Assembly: GCA_964606485.1 (NCBI GenBank)
Contig: CAZSGP010000005.1
Coordinates: forward strand, 11,649-75,648
Direction of reading: 5' to 3'
Origin: an uncultured Planctomycetia bacterium
Lineage (GTDB): Bacteria; Omnitrophota; Gorgyraeia; 2-02-FULL-51-18
Length of the DNA: 64,000 nt
Under the pieces are notes generated by a model. That model was not told the DNA's origin, did no database searches, and was given only the letters and a program-made list of their open reading frames with translations. Below, piece after piece: positions 37,851 through 47,572 of this stretch (position 1 is its first letter; the number at the start of each line of letters is the position of its first letter). The position numbers and the translations under genes were made by a program.

Positions 37851-38778
37851 GACGAAGCACGCTCCAGGAGGCAGATAAACTGGTGAGAAATTTTTGGAGC
37901 TGTCGTTTTTTGAAACTTGCAAGGAGCTCCAGTAAGTCAATAAACACGAGCCCCGCTAAGGAATAACTAAAAAGGAATTCCGGCCACCAACCGCGTCCCT
38001 TGAATTTTCGGAAGACGTAGCGGGTATTTTTGATTTCCATAATCTTTTGCTCTATGGGCGCAAGTCGATTGGCAACAGAATGATTATGACAAAGCTTCGC
38101 TTCGGGAATCATCGAAAGAGAACATAGACGGGATAAAGCATAAGAAAAATCAGCGTCCTCGCGGTAACTGTATCCAACAAACCATTCATCAAACTTCCGA
38201 TCCTGAATGTATTTGGCCCGGTAATTCATGTCGCAGCCCGGAAGCATTTCCACCGCGGTCTCTTTCTTGATCGTTCTCTCAAATATCGGGTACCCGAATC
38301 CAGAGAGAGTCATCTTTCCGTCAAAGTGACTGATTAAAAATAACTGAAGCAAAACTTTTCGCAGCTGCCAACGCCATCCTTTAAATCCATGATCAGCCTC
38401 GTCGCTTCCACTCACACCTCCGACCAGCGGATGTTCGCGCAGATAACGCTCAATGTGTTCAAAATAATTTCGGTCGAGCACCACGTCGTCATCAATAAAC
38501 GAAATGATGTCCCCTTTAACCACTGACAAGCCACGGTTACGCGCTTGAACAGCACTCTTTTCTTCCTGCTTCATATAAACAAACCGAAGACCGCCTCTAA
38601 CCTGCTTTTCAAATTGCGCGGTCAACTCCTCGGTTTTTTTGTCCGGGCTTTGATCAACGATAATAATTTCCGTGGGCTTGAGCGTCTGTAAAAGAACCGA
38701 GTCCAACGCTTTTTTTAAATCTTCAGACCGGTTTAAAGTGGCGATGATAACGCTGATGGCTAATTTATTAGAATTCAT
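37840..38778 (-). CDS. Glycosyltransferase family 2
   Basis: ISVIIATLNRSEDL...IIIVDQSPD...SFIDDDV. Confidence 0.75.
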   Translation of the reverse strand: MNSNKLAISVIIATLNRSEDLKKALDSVLLQTLKPTEIIIVDQSPDKKTEELTAQFEKQVRGGLRFVYMKQEEKSAVQARNRGLSVVKGDIISFIDDDVVLDRNYFEHIERYLREHPLVGGVSGSDEADHGFKGWRWQLRKVLLQLFLISHFDGKMTLSGFGYPIFERTIKKETAVEMLPGCDMNYRAKYIQDRKFDEWFVGYSYREDADFSYALSRLCSLSMIPEAKLCHNHSVANRLAPIEQKIMEIKNTRYVFRKFKGRGWWPEFLFSYSLAGLVFIDLLELLASFKKRQLQKFLTSLSASWSVLRHAD

Positions 38779-40336
38779 GCGTTTGCCTAATGACGGAAAA
38801 ACCGAGCCTAGAAGTAACTGCTCTAATTAGCCGCTCCAGATAATTTTTATCTTTGGGGCTAAATACCCACACATAACAGACCGCCGCGTAAAGCGCCCCG
38901 AGCAGAGAAACAAGCAGTATAAAATCAGGCAGATCCTGCCTTCCTTGATGAAGCTGTCGCAGGGCCATCAAACCGCCACCCCAAACCAGAAGGGACCAAA
39001 AAAAAGTTTTAAGAAACGCTTCTTTCCAAAATTGCCATAGCGGAATCTTGGAGAGATGACACGCATACGTCACATTAAAAAATCCGTAATACATCACTTT
39101 GATTGCGGACGTCGCTAATACAAAACCGGTCAGACCCATTCCAAGCGGTTTGGCTAATAAATAACCGACGCCCACGCACAGCGCCGTGCTGACCGTATCC
39201 ACAATGGTCGGCCATTTGAGTTTGGCGTAGGCGGTTGCTAGATTGCCGCTAGCCGCCAGCGGCACCGAAAATAGGGTTGCGATCAAACTCAAAACCATAA
39301 TCCGAGAGGACAGCTCATAACCGCTTCCAATCCACAACCGGATCACAGGACCTGCGTAGATCATCAAAAATATGCAGATTGGGATACAAATGAGCGATAA
39401 CGCTTTGGTATAAACGAAGTAGAGCTCTTTTAATTTTTCATTCTCCCCTTTGGCCGCAAGCTCCGTAAAAGTCGGCGCTAGCGTCCAGGCCGGCTCTTTG
39501 AACAGCCGGTCCATAAGAGCGGCACATTTAATGCCGATGGCGTAAATGGCGTTTGACGCCGGCCCCCATAAAATATTGATAAGAATGTTAACGGTGTTGT
39601 CATACAAAATCGCATTGCTATGACCCAAAAGCGTAAAAAAGCTAAAAGAAACCATCGAGCGAACTTTATTCCATCTAAAAAGACTCAAGCGAATCTTAAG
39701 ATCGGGGACGATTTTTTTAGACCAGAAAAATACGAAAAAGTTCTGCGCCCATGTCATCGCAAGATACACCACGCCGTAAGTCGGAAGGGATACGTATTTT
39801 TCAGGCAAGACGGAAAAAGCGATGAAGATCACCACCGCGCGCAAGACTAGTCCCGCGGAGTCGGATATATTGATCAAATCAAAACGTTGTTTGGCAAATA
39901 GCACCGACCAGAAAACAATATTGGGGATCGTAATGGCAAATGCGACCGTCATGATCGAAAAAAGAATCACGCTCTGGGAGTGATACGCATCCGGCACGCT
40001 GAAAATCGCCGGCACTAAACGGCTAAACGCCAATCCGCCCACGAGCACCACCGCCGACAACACAAAAAATATGCCGCGGCCGGTTGAAAGATACTGCGAG
40101 AATTCTTCCGAATCGCCCTGCGCCAGTGAAAAAGTTGCGTATCGCGACAGCGCCACGCGGATGCTCGTGCTAAACATCTCCACAAAACGCATCAGCGATT
40201 CAAATAGGACAATGAGCCCAAAAACTTCCAGGCCTAGTTTAACGATTAAAAAAGGGACGAGAAAAAATCCGAGAGCCATGCCAATGCCACGACCAATGTA
40301 GGTGCTGAAAATATTGATAAAAATCTGTTTTTTCAT
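38768..40336 (-). CDS. Wzx-type oligosaccharide flippase (MOP superfamily)
   Basis: 522 aa with about 14 TM segments. The ATG overlaps the upstream gene's stop as ATGA. Confidence 0.7.
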   Translation of the reverse strand: MKKQIFINIFSTYIGRGIGMALGFFLVPFLIVKLGLEVFGLIVLFESLMRFVEMFSTSIRVALSRYATFSLAQGDSEEFSQYLSTGRGIFFVLSAVVLVGGLAFSRLVPAIFSVPDAYHSQSVILFSIMTVAFAITIPNIVFWSVLFAKQRFDLINISDSAGLVLRAVVIFIAFSVLPEKYVSLPTYGVVYLAMTWAQNFFVFFWSKKIVPDLKIRLSLFRWNKVRSMVSFSFFTLLGHSNAILYDNTVNILINILWGPASNAIYAIGIKCAALMDRLFKEPAWTLAPTFTELAAKGENEKLKELYFVYTKALSLICIPICIFLMIYAGPVIRLWIGSGYELSSRIMVLSLIATLFSVPLAASGNLATAYAKLKWPTIVDTVSTALCVGVGYLLAKPLGMGLTGFVLATSAIKVMYYGFFNVTYACHLSKIPLWQFWKEAFLKTFFWSLLVWGGGLMALRQLHQGRQDLPDFILLVSLLGALYAAVCYVWVFSPKDKNYLERLIRAVTSRLGFSVIRQTHEF

Positions 40337-41583
40337 TGAACATTCTTAGAGAAAATTTCGGAGTAGATTAATTTCTGTTGGTATTCGAGCCGCGCATGGC
40401 AGTCGGTTAATTTTTGTCTCAGCTCTTTCCTTTGTTCAAAAAGACTGACAAACTTTTCTCCCATCTGGTCAAACTCGGCTGACGGCAGCGCAAATCGTTC
40501 CATGCCATACGACTGGAAAAGCCCCGTAATCTTGCGCTGCATGTAGCCATTCGTATAAAGTCCAAGCGACGGAACACCCTGAGACAACGCAAACACATTG
40601 GCATGAAAGCGCGTCCCGATAAAAAGATCCATCCCGGCAATGCGCGCGCGGCGATCTGCCACAGACCCTACCTCGACGGGAGGGTAATATTCAAACTGCT
40701 TCCCTTGAACCGCTTCGATTGACGCACTTTCCTTGCGATCGTCCGCAAAATTTCCAGTCTCCATGGGAATAAACTCCACTTTTAAAACGGAGGGCTTTAT
40801 CGCGATAGCCAGCCGGTTGAGTGCCTCGACAACCAGCTGATAGTAATTTATCGATTTTGAGTAGGCGGCTAGGTTAAGCCCCACCCTGACCGCTCCGGAC
40901 TGAGCAACGCCCCGCTCAGAAATCGGCAAAAATGAGGCTTCATCCATTCCGACCCACAAATTTTTATGCTCGCCTGAAATCTCTGTCATGGAAAAATTCT
41001 CGCGAAGCAGTACGACATTTGCGCGGCCCAGCATGTCATCCACCATCGACCGTTCGCCTGCCCGCCAATCCGGTCCGATCGTGTGACCTAAGTAATAGAC
41101 GCGTTTTTTCGCGTCCTCAGCCAACATCGAAAGATAGTGCGTCTCGATCACGTTGTAGGGACTGGTCAGATAACCGCCGCCGACAAAAATGACGCACTCT
41201 GATTGGCGCATTCGCTCACAAATTAATTCCCCATGCCGAAGCAATTTCCGAAAAGCAAGTGATGCGACCGGGTACAAAACACGATAAATCTGACGAAGTT
41301 TTCCGGACAAGCGATGAGGGCGGCGCAACCAAGGAAGAACCTTGAAAGAAACAGTCTCGCAAGGCACGCCTTCGGGAACCCACAGCTTTTCGGTTCCCGG
41401 TTCTGTCCAGATCACAAAACGACTTTCCGGAAAAAGGGCTCTAATCCGAAGAATAGTGGCATGCAAAATAGCCTGATCGCCGGGATTGTTGCAGGTATAC
41501 CCGCCAATCAGAAAAAATGTTTTTACGCGGATACTTCCCTCCAGTCCTTTGTGACCCATAGAGATTTTATAAATCTCCACCAT
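40333..41583 (-). CDS. Polysaccharide pyruvyl transferase family protein (WcaK/CsaB-like)
   Basis: N-terminal FFLIGGYTCNNPGDQAILHATI and overall PS_pyruv_trans-like organisation. Confidence 0.6.
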   Translation of the reverse strand: MVEIYKISMGHKGLEGSIRVKTFFLIGGYTCNNPGDQAILHATILRIRALFPESRFVIWTEPGTEKLWVPEGVPCETVSFKVLPWLRRPHRLSGKLRQIYRVLYPVASLAFRKLLRHGELICERMRQSECVIFVGGGYLTSPYNVIETHYLSMLAEDAKKRVYYLGHTIGPDWRAGERSMVDDMLGRANVVLLRENFSMTEISGEHKNLWVGMDEASFLPISERGVAQSGAVRVGLNLAAYSKSINYYQLVVEALNRLAIAIKPSVLKVEFIPMETGNFADDRKESASIEAVQGKQFEYYPPVEVGSVADRRARIAGMDLFIGTRFHANVFALSQGVPSLGLYTNGYMQRKITGLFQSYGMERFALPSAEFDQMGEKFVSLFEQRKELRQKLTDCHARLEYQQKLIYSEIFSKNVQ

Positions 41584-42794
41584 TTCCCAAGTTGCATTTT
41601 TAGACTCAATTGTGTCGAAAATAATCTTGAAAGAACTGGATTTTGACGCGCTTTAATTTTTTTAAACTTTAGGAACCAACTAAAGAACGCCCGGGAGCCG
41701 TATTGGTCCTCGAGTGTTACGAGGCTGATTTTTTCCTGGATCGTTCGCCAATAATCGAGCGCGCTCTCTCCCCCAAAAAAAATGTAATAGTCGTTTAAGA
41801 TTCTTTTTTTGAGATCTGAAAGCGTATCGGTCGTCATTTTAAAATTGCAAAGAGCCGGATCGATGTTATTGATCAGAAGTTCGCAGATCGTCCGCAGGCA
41901 TTTCTCGCACTTGCCGCAATTTAAACTTTCAAACTGCATCCAACACACTCTTAACTGAGAGTAATATTTCGGTTGGCTTTTCAAATACGTGAGTATCTTC
42001 TCAGCGCGACTCAAGTGGTGATTGTCCGCCACAACACCGGTGCCCGCCCATTGGATCTGCCTCACCAGATCTTTTTCGCTTCCGCAGGTATAGACACAAC
42101 CGGCTCGGTGCGAGCAGCTAGCGAGCATCAAGGTTTTCACCGAATCGTACGCAACCGGCGCAACAAGCGCCGACAAAAGGAGTCCGTGTGCAACTTCGCC
42201 GTACCAATTTTTAGAGTAAGGTTTTAAATGGTCCAAATTCCATATCTCCCGCACGTCCGTGTGGATGGATTCAATGGAGGTGTTCTCACTCGTCGCAAAG
42301 CTTTTCAGTTTATTTTTATAAGACTCGATAAATGTCTGACGCGACAAAGGAATGTCCGCTCCAAAAATCGTAAAAAGTCGCGGATTTTTATCTTTATGAT
42401 GCAGATACGTGGTCATCGAATCCAGTCCGCCGCTAAAAAGCATGGCATGGCGCGTCGGTGCAAATGTATTTTTTACTAAGTGCGCATCCAGTCTCGTTTT
42501 AAAAGACCATTTTTTAGAAAACCATTTTTTAAAATGCTCGGTGCAGCGCTCAAGACTGAGCGCGTAGTCTTTATCAAGCTCCGGCAAGATCAGTTCGGCA
42601 CCGGTCGCCCAAGCAATGGGCGCCATGACAGCGGCAAAAGGAATGGAATTAATGCTTTCGACCGGGTTTTCAATGGGCCGGTCGTATTCGATGAAAAAAC
42701 TTTTTTGGTTAAATACTTTGAGTGAACTTGAAAATTTATACGTCAGTCTGTTTTCTTCGCAGAGCGTTTTTTCTAGTCGAATCACGTGTTTCAT
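41523..42794 (-). CDS. PP-loop ATP pyrophosphatase superfamily enzyme (N-acetyl-sugar amidotransferase-like)
   Basis: SGGLDS PP-loop (AMLFSGGLDSMTT) plus C-terminal CGKCEKCLRT. Confidence 0.5.
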   Translation of the reverse strand: MKHVIRLEKTLCEENRLTYKFSSSLKVFNQKSFFIEYDRPIENPVESINSIPFAAVMAPIAWATGAELILPELDKDYALSLERCTEHFKKWFSKKWSFKTRLDAHLVKNTFAPTRHAMLFSGGLDSMTTYLHHKDKNPRLFTIFGADIPLSRQTFIESYKNKLKSFATSENTSIESIHTDVREIWNLDHLKPYSKNWYGEVAHGLLLSALVAPVAYDSVKTLMLASCSHRAGCVYTCGSEKDLVRQIQWAGTGVVADNHHLSRAEKILTYLKSQPKYYSQLRVCWMQFESLNCGKCEKCLRTICELLINNIDPALCNFKMTTDTLSDLKKRILNDYYIFFGGESALDYWRTIQEKISLVTLEDQYGSRAFFSWFLKFKKIKARQNPVLSRLFSTQLSLKMQLGKWWRFIKSLWVTKDWREVSA

Positions 42795-44863
42795 GAAGAT
42801 TTGCCTCCGGAAATGAGTGCCATCGAATAAACCGATCCTGTGTCACGGGTTAAAAATAAAGCGGAACCGTCCGGTTTAAACGTCATGGCCGCAGCGCCCG
42901 ACCCATAAGGCAGATTGGCTGTGATGTCTGTCCACGTGACTCCTTTATCTGAACTCAAATAAACCGCACTCGGCACGCCGCCATTCCATTTCACGACGCT
43001 GACAGCAATTTGATTGGAGTTAACCGGATTAATCGCAATCGCTTCACAGGTGCCGCTGCCTTCAAATTTTTTTAAAACGCTCCAGGTAGACCCTTTGTTG
43101 GTTGAAACGTGAAGAGTTGGTCCGTTCGAGTCCGCGGCCGCATAGACCGTTTGGTCGCGAGCAACCACCAAATCAAAAATAGCTCCGGAAAAAACTTGTG
43201 ACCAGCTTGCTCCATAATTTTCACTGCGGTAAATGCCGCCACCGCTACCGGAAGCATTTGGAACCGCCGTCCAATAAATGCGAGAAGGTTCGACAGGATC
43301 TACGGCTAAACCGTTATAAATTCGAAGGGAGCCGGGCTGACTCACTGGCCGCGTCCAATGCGCGCCGCCATCCAGAGACGAAAAAAATCCTCCACCGTCA
43401 TCTCCGTCTATTCCACAGTAATAACGGTTGGGATTTAGCGGGTCACGCGCGAGCGCGCGCATATACCCTTTGTCCCACACCGTGTTCACTTGGGGATAAG
43501 CAGACGGCAAGCCCTCATGCACCGCCCGAAAAGTTCTGCCACCATTTTCGCTAAGAAGGATTTGATTCGCTGGACCATTCCAAGGAGAATTTGTCGCGAC
43601 AATTTTTTTGCCGTTCACATTCACGCGCCATACGTGTCCCGCAACGGTGCTATCATAAAAAGCGCCTGGAATGAGCGATCCGAAAGTAACCCCTTCGTCG
43701 CTCGAGGAAAGAAGACCCTGATCCATTGTGCCTAAAAATAATTGATTGCCCGAAAAGGCAATGTCGGACCCGACAGTGTTGGAAGAGCCTTTAATTTTTT
43801 CGATCCAGCTTAGTCCACCGTCGTCTGAGCGGAATACACTCCAGTAATCGCTGAAATACAAAATGTTTGGATTAAATGGATCAAACACAGCTGACAGCGG
43901 CCAGGTGAGCCCCTTTTTCCAGATCCGCGTCGGATTGGCGGCTAAATCATAACGAATATTTTTTCCCGTGTCGGTCCAAGTAGATCCTCCATCCGCGCTC
44001 AGAAACATTTGACCGCTCCATCCGTCGCGCCAACCCACAAAAATTTTAACCGCGCCGGTTGCGTCGCCCGCAACAGACAGCCGGTATGCTTCTCCGCTAG
44101 ACGCAGAGATAGGGGCGGTCGTGTTCCATGTCACGCCCCGCGTAGAACTCCACGCGATTTTTTTACCGGTTGTCACATAAATCGTCTTATTAAAAGAGAC
44201 GATGTCATAAATTTTATTGGCTTGAATCGGCGGTGTGTTCCACATGCTACTCTTAAAATTAAAACGTCTTAAGCCCGAAGCAGAGCCCGCAAACAAAACA
44301 CCGTTGTCGCTAGAAAGACACAGCGCGCTGATCGCGACACTTTTTTCAAAAGGTTTTTCAACGCCGCCTAAATTTTTCCAGGTGTTTCCATGATCCAGCG
44401 AAATAAGCACTCGTCCGTCGTTCGTACCGGCCATCACTTTTCCTGAGTCAGTGGGATCTACAACCAGCGCGCGATAATTATTTGCGCGCGTAAAATGCAT
44501 TTTGTTTGTGGAGGCGAGATTCATCCAATCCGCGCCGGCGTTCATTGAGCGCTGAATGCCCGCGGCACTTGCCGCATATAAGACGTTCGAGTCAGAAGGC
44601 GCAACCGCTAATGCCACCATGTGAATATTCGCAAGGCCCCTGCTCTTAGAAACCCACTGATCGCCGTGATTATCGCTGCGCCAGTTGCCTCCGACATCCG
44701 AAATGAGATAAACCCGTCCGTTCACCCGTGGATCGGGTGTCACCATGGGATACGCGCCACCACCGTTCCAACCTGAAAAATGCCATTTTAAATTTTTAGG
44801 CAATGCCGCCCACGTCGGAGAAGCGGCTAACAACAACACGAGAAGCGCAATTATCTTTTTCAT
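42791..44863 (-). CDS. Secreted BNR/Asp-box repeat protein (sialidase / GH74-like beta-propeller)
   Basis: Signal peptide MKKIIALLVLLLAASPTWA and 8 or more S-x-D-x-G-x-T-W repeats (SADGGSTWTD, SDDGGLSWIE, SLDGGAHWTR, STNKGSTWSV, SSDKGVTWTD and others). Confidence 0.8.
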   Translation of the reverse strand: MKKIIALLVLLLAASPTWAALPKNLKWHFSGWNGGGAYPMVTPDPRVNGRVYLISDVGGNWRSDNHGDQWVSKSRGLANIHMVALAVAPSDSNVLYAASAAGIQRSMNAGADWMNLASTNKMHFTRANNYRALVVDPTDSGKVMAGTNDGRVLISLDHGNTWKNLGGVEKPFEKSVAISALCLSSDNGVLFAGSASGLRRFNFKSSMWNTPPIQANKIYDIVSFNKTIYVTTGKKIAWSSTRGVTWNTTAPISASSGEAYRLSVAGDATGAVKIFVGWRDGWSGQMFLSADGGSTWTDTGKNIRYDLAANPTRIWKKGLTWPLSAVFDPFNPNILYFSDYWSVFRSDDGGLSWIEKIKGSSNTVGSDIAFSGNQLFLGTMDQGLLSSSDEGVTFGSLIPGAFYDSTVAGHVWRVNVNGKKIVATNSPWNGPANQILLSENGGRTFRAVHEGLPSAYPQVNTVWDKGYMRALARDPLNPNRYYCGIDGDDGGGFFSSLDGGAHWTRPVSQPGSLRIYNGLAVDPVEPSRIYWTAVPNASGSGGGIYRSENYGASWSQVFSGAIFDLVVARDQTVYAAADSNGPTLHVSTNKGSTWSVLKKFEGSGTCEAIAINPVNSNQIAVSVVKWNGGVPSAVYLSSDKGVTWTDITANLPYGSGAAAMTFKPDGSALFLTRDTGSVYSMALISGGKSS

Positions 44864-44896
44864 TCGATCATCGTAAAACAAAGGGATGCACTATGA

Positions 44897-44930
44897 AATC
44901 AGGGGAAAGTCCCTATCTGTTATAGGGGAA
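44897..44930 (-). promoter_or_regulatory. Bipartite motif, site c (ATCAGGGGAAAG-N13-TATAGGGGAAT)
   Basis: It overlaps the ferritin-like stop and lies about 35 nt upstream of the BNR-protein start. Confidence 0.4.
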
Positions 44931-45465
44931 TTGCGGTCGAAAGAATGCTCGCGAGATCATTTGCGTGCTCTTCTTCCATGGCAAGAATCGTCTCTAACAT
45001 TCTTCGTGTTGTAGAATCTTTCTCGCCGATGTATTGAATCATTTCAGTGTACGACTCGATCGCGATTCTTTCCGCAATCAGATCCTCCTTAACCATATCG
45101 ACCAGCGAATTTCCTTCTCGGTATTCGGCATGACTGCGTGTGGAGAGTCCATCGGGATTAAAATCGGGCTCGCCTCCGAGTTGAGCAATCCGCGTGGCGA
45201 TCAGGTCCGCATGGGCCTGCTCTTCACTCGCGTGCTGAAGAAATTCCTGCCGAACGGGCTCGGCATGAATGCCGCCCGCCATAAAATAATGGCGTTTGTA
45301 GCGCAGCACGCAAACAAGCTCGGTCGCCAACGCCTCGTTTAAAATCTTAACGACTTGCTCCCGATCGCCAAGATACCCTTGGGTGACTGCCCCGTTTTCG
45401 ATGTGACGCCTCGCGCGATTACGCAGCTCTAGAATATCCGTCAAAAAGGGCGTTTCCGTTTTCAT
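44920..45465 (-). CDS. Ferritin-like (bacterioferritin/DPS superfamily) four-helix-bundle protein
   Basis: Di-iron ligand pattern ...ELVCVLRYKRHYF...EEQAHADLIA...ESYTEMI...EEEHANDL. Confidence 0.65.
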   Translation of the reverse strand: MKTETPFLTDILELRNRARRHIENGAVTQGYLGDREQVVKILNEALATELVCVLRYKRHYFMAGGIHAEPVRQEFLQHASEEQAHADLIATRIAQLGGEPDFNPDGLSTRSHAEYREGNSLVDMVKEDLIAERIAIESYTEMIQYIGEKDSTTRRMLETILAMEEEHANDLASILSTAIPL

Positions 45466-45593
45466 CGGCTTGCCGTTTTTTGAATATTATGCCCGGTGTC
45501 TTCTATGTCTCTTCCGGCACCTTTCATCGTCTCGCAACCCACGAGCGATACGGCACACGCAAAAAAAATGATTCCCGCAATTAATCTCTTCAT
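45462..45593 (-). CDS. Entericidin A/B-like small lipoprotein (43 aa), absent from ORF track
   Basis: MKRLIAGIIFFACAVSLVGCETMKGAGRDIEDTGHNIQKTASR has a lipobox LVGC and the entericidin-type G.G.DIE..G motif. Its TGA overlaps the ferritin-like ATG as ATGA. Confidence 0.65.
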   Translation of the reverse strand: MKRLIAGIIFFACAVSLVGCETMKGAGRDIEDTGHNIQKTASR

Positions 45594-45656
45594 AAAGTCT
45601 GATCTCCTGTTTTATTTTCGTCACGGGGATAGAATAGCTTAGGCAGACCAAGCCCA

Positions 45657-45693
45657 CTATCAGGGTAAATTCTTATTTTTTTATAGGGGAAAA
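45657..45693 (-). promoter_or_regulatory. Bipartite motif, site d (CTATCAGGGTAAAT-N13-TATAGGGGAAAA)
   Basis: It lies 60 nt upstream of the entericidin-like start, downstream of the response-regulator stop. Confidence 0.45.
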
Positions 45694-45705
45694 TACGAAC
45701 TTAAG

Positions 45706-46365
45706 CTAACTATTGCTTTGCAGCCACTGGATGGCGCTTTGGACGAGTTCGGAGGAATCCTTCAGGTCTAACTTGAGTTTTATATGTTCTCGATACGTTT
45801 CCACCGTTTTCACACTGCGCGAAAGTTTTTCGGCAATTTGACGCGTCCCAAGGCCCGTTCCGATCAACCGGTAGACCTGCAGTTCGCGGTCGCTCAAATT
45901 TTCTACAGGGGATGCGGTTTTTTTTGAATTTTCACCAGTAAAGTTTCTTAAAATCTTAGAGGAGATAGCGTCGCTTAAGTAAACCTCTCCGCCGAGAATT
46001 CGGCGGATCGCCAATAGAACCTGGTCGGTCGCCTGCTGCTTCATGATATAGCCTTTGGCGCCAGCCCTTAGCACGCGTTCGGCATAAAATGATTCGTCGT
46101 GCATGGAAAGAGCCAACATCAAAACTTCGGGGTGTCTCGCCTTAATGTCTTTGATGAGTTCTAGGCCGCTCTCATTTTTTAGAGACAAATCCACCATCAC
46201 GAGATTCGGCTTGGAAGTTTTCATAAGCTCCAACGCACTTTGGATGTTGTCTGCCTCTCCGCAAGCCACAAGATCTTTTTCTAGATTGATCAGTTGCGCC
46301 AAACCCCGACGCAAAACCGGGTGGTCGTCCACGATTAAAATCTTTATTTTTTCAACTTTTTTCAT
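45706..46365 (-). CDS. NarL/FixJ (LuxR) family response regulator
   Basis: Receiver domain KILIVDDHPVLRRG...VMVDLSL plus C-terminal LuxR HTH LSDRELQVYRLIGTGLGTRQIAEKLSRSVKTVETYR. Confidence 0.9.
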   Translation of the reverse strand: MKKVEKIKILIVDDHPVLRRGLAQLINLEKDLVACGEADNIQSALELMKTSKPNLVMVDLSLKNESGLELIKDIKARHPEVLMLALSMHDESFYAERVLRAGAKGYIMKQQATDQVLLAIRRILGGEVYLSDAISSKILRNFTGENSKKTASPVENLSDRELQVYRLIGTGLGTRQIAEKLSRSVKTVETYREHIKLKLDLKDSSELVQSAIQWLQSNS

Positions 46366-47468
46366 ATCGAGACTTCCTTTTTCACCGATTTATCCTCATG
46401 CGGAAAAGCGCAAGTCACAATTGTTCCTCCGCCCGCAATCGGGCCGATCTTGAACTTGGCGTTGATCATTCTGGACCGATGGCGCATGCTCCTTAGGCCC
46501 AAACCCGGTTTTGTGATAAGGTCAACTGGTACACCCGTCCCGTCGTCACGAATCGTCAAAAACCCTTCGTTTTGGACTTTTTTCAACGTGATACTGACAT
46601 TTTTGGCTTTTCCGTGTCGAGTTGCATTGTTGACGGCTTCTTGAGCAATTCGGTACAAATGCGTGGTCAAAAGCGGCTGATTCGGATATTCAAATTGAGC
46701 GTGCTCATCGTACGTAAAGGTGCAGGTGATGTGATGGAGCCGCTCGACTTGAGTCGCTAATTTTTGCAGAGCAATCACAAGCCCTTCTCCTTCCACCTCT
46801 ACCGGCGAAAGGCCTCTGGCAAGATCGCGTGTTTGAGTGATGGATTGGCTGATTAAATTGGCGATCTCGGTCACTTCGGCCGATTCTGCGGGCAAGGTGA
46901 GCGTTAACTTTTGCGCCAACGCCTTCGCTAAAAGTGCTACCCCTGCTAATTGCTGGCACAAACCATCGTGTAAATCCTGACCAATGCGTCGCTGTTCTTC
47001 TTCGACCGTTTCTAAAATCGCCTTTCCCACTTCAATATGTTTACGCTCGGTAATGTCGCGGATATTGCATTGAATCACCTGAATGCCGCCGGCCCAGTAA
47101 ACATTGCTCACAAACTCGACGTCAATGATACGACCATCCCTCGTCTCTAGCGGCAAATCTTCGTAGCGGATATAGCCCTTTTGTTGCAATTCTATAAATG
47201 CGAGCCTCGATTTTTCTGCGTCGCGGAACAAGCCAATTTCCCAAAGTTCTTTTCCCAAAAATTTACTGCGCGTGAGGCCTAACAACTTCACGAGGAACGG
47301 GTTCACGTCCGTAATGCGGCCTTTTTTTGCGTCGAGAATTAAAATACCATCCTGCGCGGCTTCAAAGAGGCGCCGGTACCGGATTTCGGAATCGCGACGA
47401 TCCGCTTGGATTTGTTTTTTTTGAATATTCGAAGCCCGAGAAGACGGGGCTTTTTTGCGCTTCATCAT
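46362..47468 (-). CDS. Cytoplasmic PAS sensor histidine kinase (HisKA_3 / HATPase_c)
   Basis: PAS region, the H-box LHDGLCQQL and the ATPase box TIRDDGTGV. There are no TM segments. It overlaps the response-regulator start as ATGA. Confidence 0.85.
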   Translation of the reverse strand: MMKRKKAPSSRASNIQKKQIQADRRDSEIRYRRLFEAAQDGILILDAKKGRITDVNPFLVKLLGLTRSKFLGKELWEIGLFRDAEKSRLAFIELQQKGYIRYEDLPLETRDGRIIDVEFVSNVYWAGGIQVIQCNIRDITERKHIEVGKAILETVEEEQRRIGQDLHDGLCQQLAGVALLAKALAQKLTLTLPAESAEVTEIANLISQSITQTRDLARGLSPVEVEGEGLVIALQKLATQVERLHHITCTFTYDEHAQFEYPNQPLLTTHLYRIAQEAVNNATRHGKAKNVSITLKKVQNEGFLTIRDDGTGVPVDLITKPGLGLRSMRHRSRMINAKFKIGPIAGGGTIVTCAFPHEDKSVKKEVSI

Positions 47469-47508
47469 AATCCTTATCTTAGGCCTATTTGGGTGATATA
47501 CCTACGTC

Positions 47509-47572
47509 TATCATAGGTCGTGCACCCGCCTCTGGGTATCGGGGGAAGTCCCTAATCTTGTATCAGGCAGAG
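47509..47572 (-). promoter_or_regulatory. Bipartite motif, site e (TATCATAGGTCG ... TATCGGGGGAAGT-N13-TATCAGGCAGAG)
   Basis: It lies between the PA2778-like stop and the histidine kinase start. Confidence 0.35.

Noticed and set aside
44920-44932. Shared C-terminal -PL* endings of the ferritin-like and giant proteins (both encoded by CCCCTATA)
   Set aside because: This is a consequence of the motif's TATAGGGG half-site overlapping the stop codons, not a protein-level signal.
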